Shown: positions 1 through 15,000, numbered from the stretch's first letter. The stretch is DNA of 64,000 bases from Eledone cirrhosa (GCA_964016885.1 OZ024743.1:173910001-173974000), one strand, 5' to 3'. Numbers and translations are program-made. Notes: generated by a model from the sequence alone, not told the origin.

Positions 1-3000
1 ACCCTCTCTTAGTTGTCTTCCTCCAATACTACAGACACACACTCAGGGCTAGGGTATGTACCCTCTCCTAGATGTCCTCCTCCAATACTACAGACACACA
101 CTCAGGGCTAGGGTATGAACCCTCTCTTAGTTGTCCTCCTCCAATACTACAGACACACACTCAGGGCTAGGGTATGAACCCTCTCTTAGTTGTCCTCCTC
201 CAATACTACAGACACACACTCAGGGCTAGGGTATGTACCCTCTCCCAGTTGTTCTCCTCCAATACTACAGACACACACTCAGGGCTAGGGTATGAACCCT
301 CTCTTAGTTGTCCTCCTCCAATACTACAGACACACACTCAGGGCTAGGGTATGAACCCTCTATTAGTTGTCCTTCTCCAATACTACAGACACACACTCAG
401 GGCTAGAGTATTAACCCTCTCTTAGTTGTCCTCCTCCAATACTACAGACACACACTCAGGGCTAGGGTATGAACCCTCTCTTAGTTGTCCTCCTCCAATA
501 CTACAGACACACACCCTGGGCTAGGGTATGAACCCCCTCTTAGTTGTCCTCCTCCAATACTACAGACACACACTCAGGGCTAGGGTATTAACCCTCTCTT
601 AGTTGTCCTCCTCCAATACTACAGACAGACACTCAGGGCTAGGGTATTAACCCTCTCTTAGTTGTCCTCCTCCAATACTAGACACACACTCAGGGCTAGG
701 GTATGAACCCTCTTGTAGTTGTCCTCCTCCAATACTACAGACACACACTCAGGGCTAGGGTATGAACCCTCTCTTAGTTGTCCTCCTCCAATACTACAGA
801 CACACACTCAGGGCTAGGGTATGAACCCTCTCTTAGTTGTCCTCCTCCAATACTACAGACACACACTCAGGGCTAGGGTATGAACCCTCTCTTAGTTGTC
901 CTCCTCCAATACTACAGACACACACTCAGGGCTAGGGTATGAACCCTCTCTTAGTTGTCCTCCTCCAATACTACAGACACACACTCAGGGCTAGGGTATT
1001 AACCCTCTCTTAGTTGTCCTCCTCCAATACTACAGACACACACTCAGGGCTAAGGTATTAACCCTCTCTTAGTTGCCCTCCTCCAATACTAGACACACAC
1101 TCAGGGCTAGGGTATGAACCCACTTTTAGTTGTCCTCCTCCAATACTACAGACACACACTCAGGGCTAGGGTATGAACCCTCTCTTAGTTGTCCTCCTCC
1201 AATACTACAGACACACACTCAGGGCTAGGGTATGTACCCTCTCCTAGTTGTCCTCCTCCAATACTACAGACACACACTCAGGGCTAGGGTATGAACCCTC
1301 TCTTAGGTGTCCTCCTCCAATACTACAGACACACACTCAGAGCTAGGGTATGAACCCTCTCTTAGTTGTCCTCCTCCAATACTACAGACACACACTCAGG
1401 GCTAGGGTATGAACCCTCTCTTAGGTGTCCTCCTCCAATACTAGACACACACTCAGGGCTAGGGTATGTACCCTCTCTTAGGTGTCCTCCTCCAATACTA
1501 GACACACACTCAGGGCTAGGGTATGTACCCTCTCTTAGTTGTCCTCCTCCAATACTACAGACAGACACTCAGGGCTAGGGTATTAACCCTCTCTTAGTTG
1601 TCCTCCTCCAATACTAGACACACACTCAGGGCTAGGGTATGAACCCTCTTGTAGTTGTCCTCCTCCAATACTACAGACACACACTCAGGGCTAGGGTATT
1701 AACCCTCTCTTAGTTGTCCTCCTCCAATACTACAGTAACACACTCAGGGCTAGGGTATGAACCCTCTCTTAGTTGTCCTCCTCCAATACTACAGACACAC
1801 ACTCAGGGCTAGGGTATGAACCCTCTCTTAGTTGTCCTCCTCCAACACTACAGACACATACTCAGGGCTAGGGTATTAACCCTCTCTTAGTTGTCCTCCT
1901 CCAATACTACAGACACACACTCAGGGCTAGGGTATGAACCCTCTCTTAGTTGTCCTCCTCCAATACTACAGACACACACTCAGGGCTAGGGTATGACCCC
2001 TCTCTTAGTTGTCGTCCTCCAATACTAGACACACACTCAGGGCTAGGGTATGAACCCTCTCTTAGTTGTCCTCCTCCAATACTACAGACACACACTCAGG
2101 GCTAGGGTATGAACCCTCTCTTAGGTGTCCTCCTCCAATACTACAGACACACACTCAGAGCTAGGGTATGAACCCTCTCTTAGTTGTCCTCCTCCAATAC
2201 TACAGACACACACTCAGGGCTAGGGTATGAACCCTCTCTTAGGTGTCCTCCTCCAATACTAGACACACACTCAGGGCTAGGGTATGTACCCTCTCTTAGT
2301 TGTCGTCCTCCAATACTAGACACACACTCAGGGCTAGGGTATGTACCCTCTCTTAGTTGTCTTCCTCCAATACTACAGACACACACTCAGGGCTAGGGTA
2401 TGAACCCTCTATTAGTTGTCCTTCTCCAATACTACAGACACACACTCAGGGCTAGGGTATGAACCCTCTCTTAGTTGTCCTCCTCCAATACTACAGACAC
2501 ACACTCAGGGCTAGGGTATGAACCCTCTCTTAGTTGTCCTCCTCCAATACTACAGACACACACTCAGGGCTAGGGTATGAACCCTCTCTTAGTTGTCCTC
2601 CTCCAATACTACAGACACACACTCAGGGCTAGGGTATTAACCCTCTCTTAGTTGTCCTCCTCCAATACTACAGACACACACTCAGGGCTAAGGTATTAAC
2701 CCTCTCTTAGTTGCCCTCCTCCAATACTAGACACACACTCAGGGCTAGGGTATGAACCCACTTTTAGTTGTCCTCCTCCAATACTACAGACACACACTCA
2801 GGGCTAGGGTATGAACCCTCTCTTAGTTGTCCTCCTCCAATACTACAGACACACACTCAGGGCTAGGGTATGTACCCTCTCCTAGTTGTCCTCCTCCAAT
2901 ACTACAGACACACACTCAGGGCTAGGGTATGAACCCTCTCTTAGTTGTCCTCCTCCAATACTACAGACACACACTCAGGGCTAGGGTATGACCCCTCTCT

Positions 3001-6000
3001 TAGTTGTCGTCCTCCAATACTAGACACACACTCAGGGCTAGGGTATGAACCCTCTCTTAGTTGTCCTCCTCCAATACTACAGACACACACTCAGGGCTAG
3101 GGTATGAACCCTCTCTTAGGTGTCCTCCTCCAATACTACAGACACACACTCAGAGCTAGGGTATGAACCCTCTCTTAGTTGTCCTCCTCCAATACTACAG
3201 ACACACACTCAGGGCTAGGGTATGAACCCTCTCTTAGGTGTCCTCCTCCAATACTAGACACACACTCAGGGCTAGGGTATGTACCCTCTCTTAGTTGTCG
3301 TCCTCCAATACTAGACACACACTCAGGGCTAGGGTATGTACCCTCTCTTAGTTGTCTTCCTCCAATACTACAGACACACACTCAGGGCTAGGGTATGTAC
3401 CCTCTCCTAGTTGTCCTCCTCCAATACTACAGACACACACTCAGGGCTAGGGTATGAACCCTCTCTTAGTTGTCCTCCTCCAATACTACAGACACACACT
3501 CAGGGCTAGGGTATGAACCCTCTCTTAGGTGTCCTCCTCCAATACTAGACACACACTCAGGGCTAGGGTATGTACCCTCTCTTAGTTGTCCTCCTCCAAT
3601 ACTACAGACAGACACTCAGGGCTAGGGTATTAACCCTCTCTTAGTTGTCCTCCTCCAATACTAGACACACACTCAGGGCTAGGGTATGAACCCTCTTGTA
3701 GTTGTCCTCCTCCAATACTACAGACACACACTCAGGGCTAGGGTATTAACCCTCTCTTAGTTGTCCTCCTCCAATACTACAGTAACACACTCAGGGCTAG
3801 GGTATGAACCCTCTCTTAGTTGTCCTCCTCCAATACTACAGACACACACTCAGGGCTAGGGTATGAACCCTCTCTTAGTTGTCCTCCTCCAATACTACAG
3901 ACACATACTCAGGGCTAGGGTATTAACCCTCTCTTAGTTGTCCTCCTCCAATACTACAGACACACACTCAGGGCTAGGGTATGAACCCTCTCTTAGTTGT
4001 CCTCCTCCAATACTACAGACACACACTCAGGGCTAGGGTATGACCCCTCTCTTAGTTGTCGTCCTCCAATACTAGACACACACTCAGGGCTAGGGTATGA
4101 ACCTTCTCTTAGTTGTCCTCCTCCAATACTACAGACACACACTCAGGGCTAGGGTATGAACCCTCTCTTAGGTGTCCTCCTCCAATACTACAGACACACA
4201 CTCAGAGCTAGGGTATGAACCCTCTCTTAGTTGTCCTCCTCCAATACTACAGACACACACTCAGGGCTAGGGTATGAACCCTCTCTTAGGTGTCCTCCTC
4301 CAATACTAGACACACACTCAGGGCTAGGGTATGTACCCTCTCTTAGTTGTCGTCCTCCAATACTAGACACACACTCAGGGCTAGGGTATGTACCCTCTCT
4401 TAGTTGTCTTCCTCCAATACTACAGACACACACTCAGGGCTAGGGTATGAACCCTCTATTAGTTGTCCTTCTCCAATACTACAGACACACACTCAGGGCT
4501 AGAGTATTAACCCTCTCTTAGTTGTCCTCCTCCAATACTACAGACACACACTCAGGGCTAGGGTATGAACCCTCTCTTAGTTGTCCTCCTCCAATACTAC
4601 AGACACACACTCAGGGCTAGGGTATGAACCCTCTCTTAGTTGTCCTCCTCCAATACTACAGACACACACTCAGGGCTAGGGTATTAACCCTCTCTTAGTT
4701 GTCCTCCTCCAATACTACAGACACACACTCAGGGCTAGGGTATTAACCCTCTCTTAGTTGTCCTCCTCCAATACTAGACACACACTCAGGGCTAGGGTAT
4801 GAACCCTCTTTTAGTTGTCCTCCTCCAATACTACAGACACACACTCAGGGCTAGGGTATGAACCCTCTCTTAGTTGTCCTCCTCCAATACTACAGACACA
4901 CACTCAGGGCTAGGGTATTAACCCTCTCTTAGTTGTCCTCCTCCAATACTACAGACACACACTCAGGGCTAGGGTATGAACCCTCTCTTAGTCGTCCTTC
5001 TCCAATACTACAGACACACACTCAGGGCTAGGGTATGAACCCTCTCTTAGTTGTCCTCCTCCAATACTACAGACACACACTCAGGGCTAGGGTATGAACC
5101 CTCTTTTAGTTGTCCTCCTCCAATACTACAGACACACACTCAGGGCTAGGGTATTAACCCTCTCTTAGTTGTCCTCCTCCAATACTAGACACACACTCAG
5201 GGCTAGGGTATGAACCCTCTTTTAGTTGTCCTCCTCCCATACTACAGACACACACTCAGGGCTAGGGTATGAACCCTCTCTTAGTTGCCCTCCTCCAATA
5301 CTACAGACACACACTCAGGGCTAGGGTATTAACCCTCTCTTAGTTGTCCTCCTCCAATACTACAGACACACACTCAGGGCTAGGGTATGAACCCTCTCTT
5401 AGTTGTCCTCCTCCAATACTACAGACACACACTCAGGGCTAGGGTATGAACCCTCTCTTAGTTGTCCTCCTCCAATACTACAGACACACACTCAGGGCTA
5501 GGGTATTAACCCTCTCTTAGTTGTCCTCCTCCAATACTACAGACACACACTCAGGGCTAGGGTATTATCCCTCTCTTAGTTGTCCTCCTCCAATACTAGA
5601 CACACACTCAGGGCTAGGGTATGAACCCTCTTTTAGTTGTCCTCCTCCAATACTACAGACACACACTCAGGGCTAGGGTATGAACCCTCTCTTAGTTGTC
5701 CTCCTCCAATACTACAGACACACACTCAGGGCTAGGGTATGAACCCTCTCTTAGTTGTCGTCCTCCAATACTAGACACACACTCAGGGCTAGGGTATGAA
5801 CCCTCTCTTAGTTGTCCTCCTCCAATACTACAGACACACACTCAGGGCTAGGGTATGAACCCTCTCTTAGGTGTCCTCCTCCAATACTACAGACACACAC
5901 TCAGGGCTAGGGTATGAACCCTCTCTTAGTTGTCCTTCTCCAATACTACAGACACACACTCAGGGCTAGAGTATTAACCCTCTCTTAGTTGTCCTCCTCC

Positions 6001-9000
6001 AATACTACAGACACACACTCAGGGCTAGGGTATGAACCCTCTTTTAGTTTTCCTCCTCCAATACTACAGACACACACTCAGGGCTAGGGTATGAACCCTC
6101 TATTAGTTGTCCTTCTCCAATACTACAGACACACACTCAGGGCTAGAGTATTAACCCTCTCTTAGTTGTCCTCCTCCAATACTACAGACACACACTCAGG
6201 GCTAGGGTATGAACCCTCTCTTAGTTGTCCTCCTCCAATACTACAGACACACACTCAGGGCTAGGGTATGAACCCTCTCTTAGTTGTCCTCCTCCAATAC
6301 TACAGACACACACTCAGGGCTAGGGTATTAACCCTCTCTTAGTTGTCCTCCTCCAATACTACAGACACACACTCAGGGCTAGGGTATTAACCCTCTCTTA
6401 GTTGTCCTCCTCCAATACTAGACACACACTCAGGGCTAGGGTATGAACCCTCTTTTAGTTGTCCTCCTCCAATACTACAGACACACACTCAGGGCTAGGG
6501 TATGAACCCTCTCTTAGTTGTCCTCCTCCAATACTACAGACACACACTCAGCGCTAGGGTATTAACCCTCTCTTAGTTGTCCTCCGCCAATACTACAGAC
6601 ACACACTCAGGGCTAGGGTATGAACCCTCTCTTAGTCGTCCTCCTCCAATACTACAGACACACACTCAGGGCTAGGGTATGAACCCTCTTTTAGTTGTCC
6701 TCCTCCAATACTACAGACACACACTCAGGGCTAGGGTATTAACCCTCTCTTAGTTGTCCTCCTCCAATACTAGACACACACTCAGGGCTAGGGTATGAAC
6801 CCTCTTTTAGTTGTCCTGCTCCAATACTACAGACACACACTCAGGGCTAGGGTATGAACCCTCTCTTAGTTGCCCTCCTCCAATACTACAGACACACACT
6901 CAGGGCTAGGGTATTAACCCTCTCTTAGTTGTCCTCCTCCAATACTACAGACACACACTCAGGGCTAGGGTATGAACCCTCTCTTAGTTGTCCTCCTCCA
7001 ATACTACAGACACACACTCAGGGCTAGGGTATGAACCCTCTCTTAGTTGTCCTCCTCCAATACTACAGACACACACTCAGGGCTAGGGTATTAACCCTCT
7101 CTTAGTTGTCCTCCTCCAATACTACAGACACACACTCAGGGCTAGGGTATTAACCCTCTCTTAGTTGTCCTCCTCCAATACTAGACACACACTCAGGGCT
7201 AGGGTATGAACCCTCTTTTAGTTGTCCTCCTCCAATACTACAGACACACACTCAGGGCTAGGGTATGAACACTCTCTTAGTTGTCTTCCTCCAATACTAC
7301 AGACACACACTCAGGGCTAGGGTATGAACCCTCTCTTAGTTGTCGTCCTCCAATACTAGACACACACTCAGGGCTAGGGTATGAACCCTCTCTTAGTTGT
7401 CCTCCTCCAATACTACAGACACACACTCAGGGCTAGGGTATGAACCCTCTCTTAGGTGTCCTCCTCCAATACTACAGACACACACTCAGAGCTAGGGTAT
7501 GAACCCTCTCTTAGTTGTCCTCCTCCAATACTACAGACACACACTCAGGGCTAGGGTATGAACCCTCTCTTAGGTGTCCTCCTCCAATACTAGACACACA
7601 CTCAGGGCTAGGGTATGTACCCTCTCTTTGTTGTCATCCTCCAATACTAGACACACATCAGGGGTAGGGTATGTACCCTCTCTTAGTTGTCTTCCTCCAA
7701 TACTACAGACACACACTCAGGGCTAGGGTATGTACCCTCTCCTAGATGTCCTCCTCCAATACTACAGACACACACTCAGGGCTAGGGTATGAACCCTCTC
7801 TTAGTTGTCCTCCTCCAATACTACAGACACACACTCAGGGCTAGGGTATGAACCCTCTCTTAGTTGTCCTCCTCCAATACTACAGACACACACTCAGGGC
7901 TAGGGTATGTACCCTCTCCCAGTTGTTCTCCTCCAATACTATAGACACACACTCAGGGCTAGGGTATGAACCCTCTCTTAGTTGTCCTCCTCCAATACTA
8001 CAGACACACACTCAGGGCTAGGGTATGAACCCTCTCCTAGTTATCCTCCTCCAATACTACAGACACACACTCAGGGCTAGGGTATGAACCCTCTCTTAGT
8101 TGTCCTCCTCCAATACTACAGACACACACTCAGGGCTAGGGTATGAACCCTCTCCTAGTTGTCCTCCTCCAATACTACAGACACACACTCAGGGCTAGGG
8201 TATGAACCCTCTCCTAGTTGTCCTCCTCCAATACTACAGACACACACTCAGGGCTAGGGTATGAACCCTCTCCTAGTTGTCCTCCTCCAATACTACAGAC
8301 ACACACTCAGGGCTAGGGTATGAACCCTCTCCTAGTTGTCCTCCTCCAATACTACAGACACACACTCAGGGCTAGGGTATGAACCCTCTCCTAGTTGTCC
8401 TCCTCCAATACTACAGACACACACTCAGGGCTAGGGTATGAACCCTCTCCTAGTTGTCCTCCTCCAATACTACAGACACACACTCAGGGCTAGGGTATGT
8501 ACCCTCTCCCAGTTGTTCTCCTCCAACACTACAGACACACACTCAGGGCTAGGGTATGAACCCTCTCCTAGTTGTCCTCCTCCAATACTACAGACACACA
8601 CTCAGGGCTAGGGTATGAACCCTCTCTTAGTTGTCCTCCTCCAATACTACAGACACACACTCAGGGCTAGGGTATGAACCCTCTCTTAGTTGTCCTCCTC
8701 CAATACTACAGACACACACTCAGGGCTAGGGTATGAACCCTCTCCTAGTTGTCCTCCTCCAATACTACAGACACACACTCAGGGCTAGGGTATGAACCCT
8801 CTCTTAGTTGTCCTCCTCCAATACTACAGACACACACTCAGGGCTAGGGTATTAACCCTCTCTTAGTTGTCCTCCTCCAATACTACAGACACACACTCAG
8901 GGCTAGGGTATGAACCCTCTCTTAGTTGTCCTCCTCCAATACTACAGACACACACTCAGGGCTAGTGTATTAACCCTCTCTTAGTTGTCCTCCTCCAATA

Positions 9001-12000
9001 CTACAGACACACACTCAGGGCTAGGGTATGAACCCTCTCTTAGTTGTCCTCCTCCAATACTACAGACACACACTCAGGGCTATGGTATTAACCCTCTCTT
9101 AGTTGTCCTCCTCCAATACTACAGACACACACTCAGGGCTAGGGTATGAACCCTCTCTTAGTTGTCCTCCTCCAATACTACAGACACACACTCAGGGCTA
9201 GGGTATGAACCCTCTTTTAGTTGTCTTCCTCCAATACTACAGACACACACTCAGGGCTAGGGTATGAACCCTCTATTAGTTGTCCTTCTCCAATACTACA
9301 GACACACACTCAGGGCTAGAGTATTAACCCTCTCTTAGTTGTCCTCCTCCAATACTACAGACACACACTCAGGGCTAGGGTATGAACCCTCTCTTAGTTG
9401 TCCTCCTCCAATACTACAGACACACACTCAGGGCTAGGGTATGAACCCTCTCTTAGTTGTCCTCCTCCAATACTACAGACACACACTCAGGGCTAGGGTA
9501 TTAACCCTCTCTTAGTTGTCCTCCTCCAATACTACAGACAGACACTCAGGGCTAGGGTATTAACCCTCTCTTAGTTGTCCTCCTCCAATACTAGACACAA
9601 ACTCAGGGCTAGGGTATGAACCCTCTTGTAGTTGTCCTCCTCCAATACTACAGACACACACTCAGGGCTAGGGTATGAACCCTCTCTTAGTTGTCCTCCT
9701 CCAATACTACAGACACACACTCAGGGCTAGGGTATTAACCCTCTCTTAGTTGTCCTCCTCCAATACTACAGACACACACTCAGGGCTAGGGTATGAACCC
9801 TCTCTTAGTTGTCCTCCTCCAATACTACAGACACACACTCAGGGCTAGGGTATGAACCCTCTCTTAGTTGTCCTCCTCCAATACTACAGACACACACTCA
9901 GGGCTAGGGTATTAACCCTCTCTTAGTTGTCCTCCTCCAATACTACAGACACACACTCAGGGCTAAGGTATTAACCCTCTCTTAGTTGCCCTCCTCCAAT
10001 ACTAGACACACACTCAGGGCTGGGGTATGAACCCTCTCTTAGTTGTCCTCCTCCAATACTACAGACACACACTCAGGGCTAGGGTATGAACCCTCTCTTA
10101 GGTGTCCTCCTCCAATACTACAGACACACACTCAGAGCTAGGGTATGAACCCTCTCTTAGTTGTCCTCCTCCAATACTACAGACACACACTCAGGGCTAG
10201 GGTATTAACCCTCTCTTAGTTGTCCTCCTCCAATACTACAGACACACACTCAGGGCTAGGGTATGAACCCTCTCTTAGTTGTCCTCCTCCAATACTACAG
10301 ACACACACTCAGGGCTAGGGTATGAACCCTCTCTTAGTTGTCCTCCTCCAATACTACAGACACACACTCAGGGCTAGGGTATTAACCCTCTCTTAGTTGT
10401 CCTCCTCCAATACTACAGACACACACTCAGGGCTAGGGTATTAACCCTCTCTTAGTTGTCCTCCTCCAATACTAGACACACACTCAGGGCTAGGGTATGA
10501 ACCCTCTTTTAGTTGTCCTCCTCCAATACTACAGACACACACTCAGGGCTAGGGTATGAACCCTCTCTTAATTGTCCTCCTCCAATACTACAGACACACA
10601 CTCAGGGCTAGGGTATGTACCCTCTCCTAGTTGTCCTCCTCCAATACTACAGACACACACTCAGGGCTAGTGTATGAACCCTCTCTTAGTTGTCCTCCTC
10701 CAATACTACAGACACACACTCAGGGCTAGGGTATGAACCCTCTCTTAGTTGTCATCCTCCAATACTACAGACACACACTCAGGGCTAGGGTATGAACCCT
10801 CTCTTAGGTGTCCTCCTCCAATACTACAGACACACACTCAGGGCTAGGGTATGTACCCTCTCTTAGGTGTCCTCCTCCAATACTACAGACACACTCAGGG
10901 CTAGGGTATGAACCCTCTCTTAGGTGTCCTCCTCCAATACTACAGACACACACTCAGGGCTAGGGTATGAACCCTCTCTTAGGTGTCCTCCTCCAATACT
11001 ACAGACACACACTCAGAGCTAGGGTATGAACCCTCTCTTAGTTGTCCTCCTCCAATACTACAGACACACACTCAGGGCTAGGGTATGAACCCTCTCTTAG
11101 GTGTCCTCCTCCAATACTAGACACACACTCAGGGCTAGGGTATGTACCCTCTCTTAGTTGTCATCCTCCAATACTAAACACACACTCAGGGCTAGGGTAT
11201 GTACCCTCTCTTAGTTGTCTTCCTCCAATACTACAGACACACACTCAGGGCTAGGGTATGTACCCTCTCCTAGATGTCCTCCTCCAATACTACAGACACA
11301 CACTCAGGGCTAGGGTATGAACCCTCTCTTAGTTGTCCTCCTCCAATACTACAGACACACACTCAGGGCTAGGGTATGAACCCTCTCTTAGTTGTCCTCC
11401 TCCAATACAACAGACACACACTCAGGGCTAGGGTATGTACCCTCTCCCAGTTGTTCTCCTCCAATACTACAGACACACACTCAGGGCTAGGGTATGAACC
11501 CTCTCTTAGTTGTCCTCCTCCAATACTACAGACACACACTCAGGGCTAGGGTATGAACCCTCTCCTAGTTGTCCTCCTCCAATACTACAGACACACACTC
11601 AGGGCTAGGGTATGAACCCTCTCTTAGTTGTCCTCCTCCAATACTACAGACACACACTCAGGGCTAGGGTATGAACCCTCTCTTAGTTGTCCTCCTCCAA
11701 TACTACAGACACACACTCAGGGCTAGGGTATGAACCCTCTCCTAGTTGTCCTCCTCCAATACTACAGACACACACTCATGGCTAGGGTATGAACCCTCTC
11801 TTAGTTGTCCTCCTCCAATACTACAGACACACTCAGGGCTAGGGTATGAACCCTCTCTTAGTTGTCCTCCTCCAATACTACAGACACACACTCAGGGCTA
11901 GGGTATTAACCCTCTCTTAGTTGTCCTCCTCCAATACTACAGACACACACTCAGGGCTAGAGTATTAACCCTCTCTTAGTTGTCCTCCTCCAATACTACA

Positions 12001-15000
12001 GACACACACTCAGGGCTAGGGTATGAACCCTCTTTTAGTTGTCCTCCTCCAATACTACAGACACACACTCAGGGCTAGGGTATGAACCCTCTATTAGTTG
12101 TCCTTCTCCAATACTACAGACACACACTCAGGGCTAGAGTATTAACCCTCTCTTAGTTGTCCTCCTCCAATACTACAGACACACACTCAGGGCTAGGGTA
12201 TGAACCCTCTCTTAGTTGTCCTCCTCCAATACTACAGACACACACTCAGGGCTAGGGTATGAACCCTCTCTTAGTTGTCCTCCTCCAATACTACAGACAC
12301 ACACTCAGGGCTAGGGTATTAACCCTCTCTTAGTTGTCCTCCTCCAATACTACAGACACACACTCAGGGCTAGGGTATTAACCCTCTCTTAGTTGTCCTC
12401 CTCCAATACTAGACACACACTCAGGGCTAGGGTATGAACCCTCTTTTAGTTGTCCTCCTCCAATACTACAGACACACACTCAGGGCTAGGGTATGAACCC
12501 TCTTTTAGTTGTCCTCCTCCAATACTACAGACACACACTCAGGGCTAGGGTATGAACCCTCTCTTAGTTGCCCTCCTCCAATACTACAGACACACACTCA
12601 GGGCTAGGGTATTAACCCTCTCTTAGTTGTCCTCCTCCAATACTACAGACACACACTCAGGGCTAGGGTATGAACCCTCTCTTAGTTGTCCTCCTCCAAT
12701 ACTACAGACATACACTCAGGGCTAGGGTATGAACCCTCTCTTAGTTGTCCTCCTCCAATACTACAGACACACACTCAGGGCTAGGGTATTAACCCTCTCT
12801 TAGTTGTCCTCCTCCAATACTACAGACACACACTCAGGACTAGGGTATGAACCCTCTTTTAGTTGTCCTCCTCCAATACTACAGACACACACTCAGGGCT
12901 AGGGTATGTACCCTCTCCTAGTTGTCCTCCTCCAATACTACAGACACACACGCAGGGCTAGGGTATGAACCCTCTCTTAGTATTCCTCCTCCAATACTAC
13001 AGACACACACTCAGGGCTAGGGTATGAACCCTCTCTTAGTTGTCGTCCTCCAATACTAGACACACACTCAGGGCTAGGGTATGAACCCTCTCTTAGTTGT
13101 CCTCCTCCAATACTACAGACACACACTCAGGGCTAGGGTATGAACCCTCTCTTAGGTGTCCTCCTCCAATACTACAGACACACACTCAGGGCTAGGGTAT
13201 GAACCCTCTCTTAGTTGTCCTCCTCCAATACTACAGACACACACTCAGGGCTAGGGTATGAACCCTCTCTTAGGTATCCTCCTCCAATAATAGACACACA
13301 CTCAGGGCTAAGGTATGTACCCTCTCTTAGTTGTCATCCTCCAATACTAGACACACACTCAGGGCTAGGGTATGTACCCTCTCTTAGTTGTCTTCCTCCA
13401 ATACTACAGACACACACTCAGGGCTAGGGTATGTACCCTCTCCTAGATGTCCTCCTCCAATACTACAGACACACACTCAGGGCTAGGGTATGAACCCTCT
13501 CTTAGTTGTCCTCCTCCAATACTACAGACACACACTCAGGGCTAGGGTATGAACCCTCTCTTAGTTGTCCTCCTCCAATACTACAGACACACACTCAGGG
13601 CTAGGGTATGTACCCTCTCCCAGTTGTTCTCCTCCAATACTACAGACACACACTCAGGGCTAGGGTATGAACCCTCTCTTAGTTGTCCTCCTCCAATACT
13701 ACAGACACACACTCAGGGCTAGGGTATGAACCCTCTCCTAGTTGTCCTCCTCCAATACTACAGACACACACTCAGGGCTAGGGTATGAACCCTCTCTTAG
13801 TTGTCCTCCTCCAATACTACAGACACACACTCAGGGCTAGGGTATGAACCCTCTCCTAGTTGTCCTCCTCCAATACTACAGACACACACTCAGGGCTAGG
13901 GTATGAACCCTCTCTTAGTTGTCCTCCTCCAATACTACAGACACACACTCAGGGCTAGGGTATGAACCATCTCCTAGTTGTCCTCCTCCAATACTACAGA
14001 CACACACTCAGGGCTAGGGTATGAACCCTCTCTTAGTTGTCCTCCTCCAATACTACAGACACACACTCAGGGCTAGGGTATTAACCCTCTCTTAGTTGTC
14101 CTCCTCCAATACTACAGACACACACTCAGGGCTAGGGTATGAACCCTCTCTTAGTTGTCCTCCTCCAATACTACAGACACACACTCAGGGCTAGGGTATT
14201 AACCCTCTCTTAGTTGTCCTCCTCCAATATTACAGACACACACTCAGGGCTAGGGTATGAACCCTCTCTTAGTTGTCCTCCTCCAATACTACAGACACAC
14301 ACTCAGGGCTAGGGTATTAACCCTCTCTTAGTTGTCCTCCTCCAATACTACAGACACACACTCAGGGCTAGGGTATGAACCCTCTCTTAGTTGTCCTCCT
14401 CCAATACTACAGACACACACTCAGGGCTAGGGTATGAACCCTCTTTTAGTTGTCCTCCTCCAATACTACAGACACACACTCAGGGCTAGGGTATGAACCC
14501 TCTATTAGTTGTCCTTCTCCAATACTACAGACACACACTCAGGGCTAGAGTATTAACCCTCTCTTAGTTGTCCTCCTCCAATACTACAGACACACACTCA
14601 GGGCTAGGGTATGAACCCTCTCTTAGTTGTCCTCCTCCAATACTACAGACACACACTCAGGGCTAGGGTATGAACCCCCTCTTAGTTGTCCTCATCCAAT
14701 ACTACAGACACACACTCAGGGCTAGGGTATTAACCCTCTCTTAGTTGTCCTCCTCCAATACTACAGACAGACACTCAGGGCTAGGGTATTAACCCTCTCT
14801 TAGTTGTCCTCCTCCAATACTAGACACACACTCAGGGCTAGGGTATGAACCCTCTTGTAGTTGTCCTCCTCCAATACTACAGACACACACTCAGGGCTAG
14901 GGTATGAACCCTCTCTTAGTTGTCCTCCTCCAATACTACAGACACACACTCAGGGCTAGGGTATGAACCCTCTCTTAGTTGTCCTCCTCCAATACTACAG

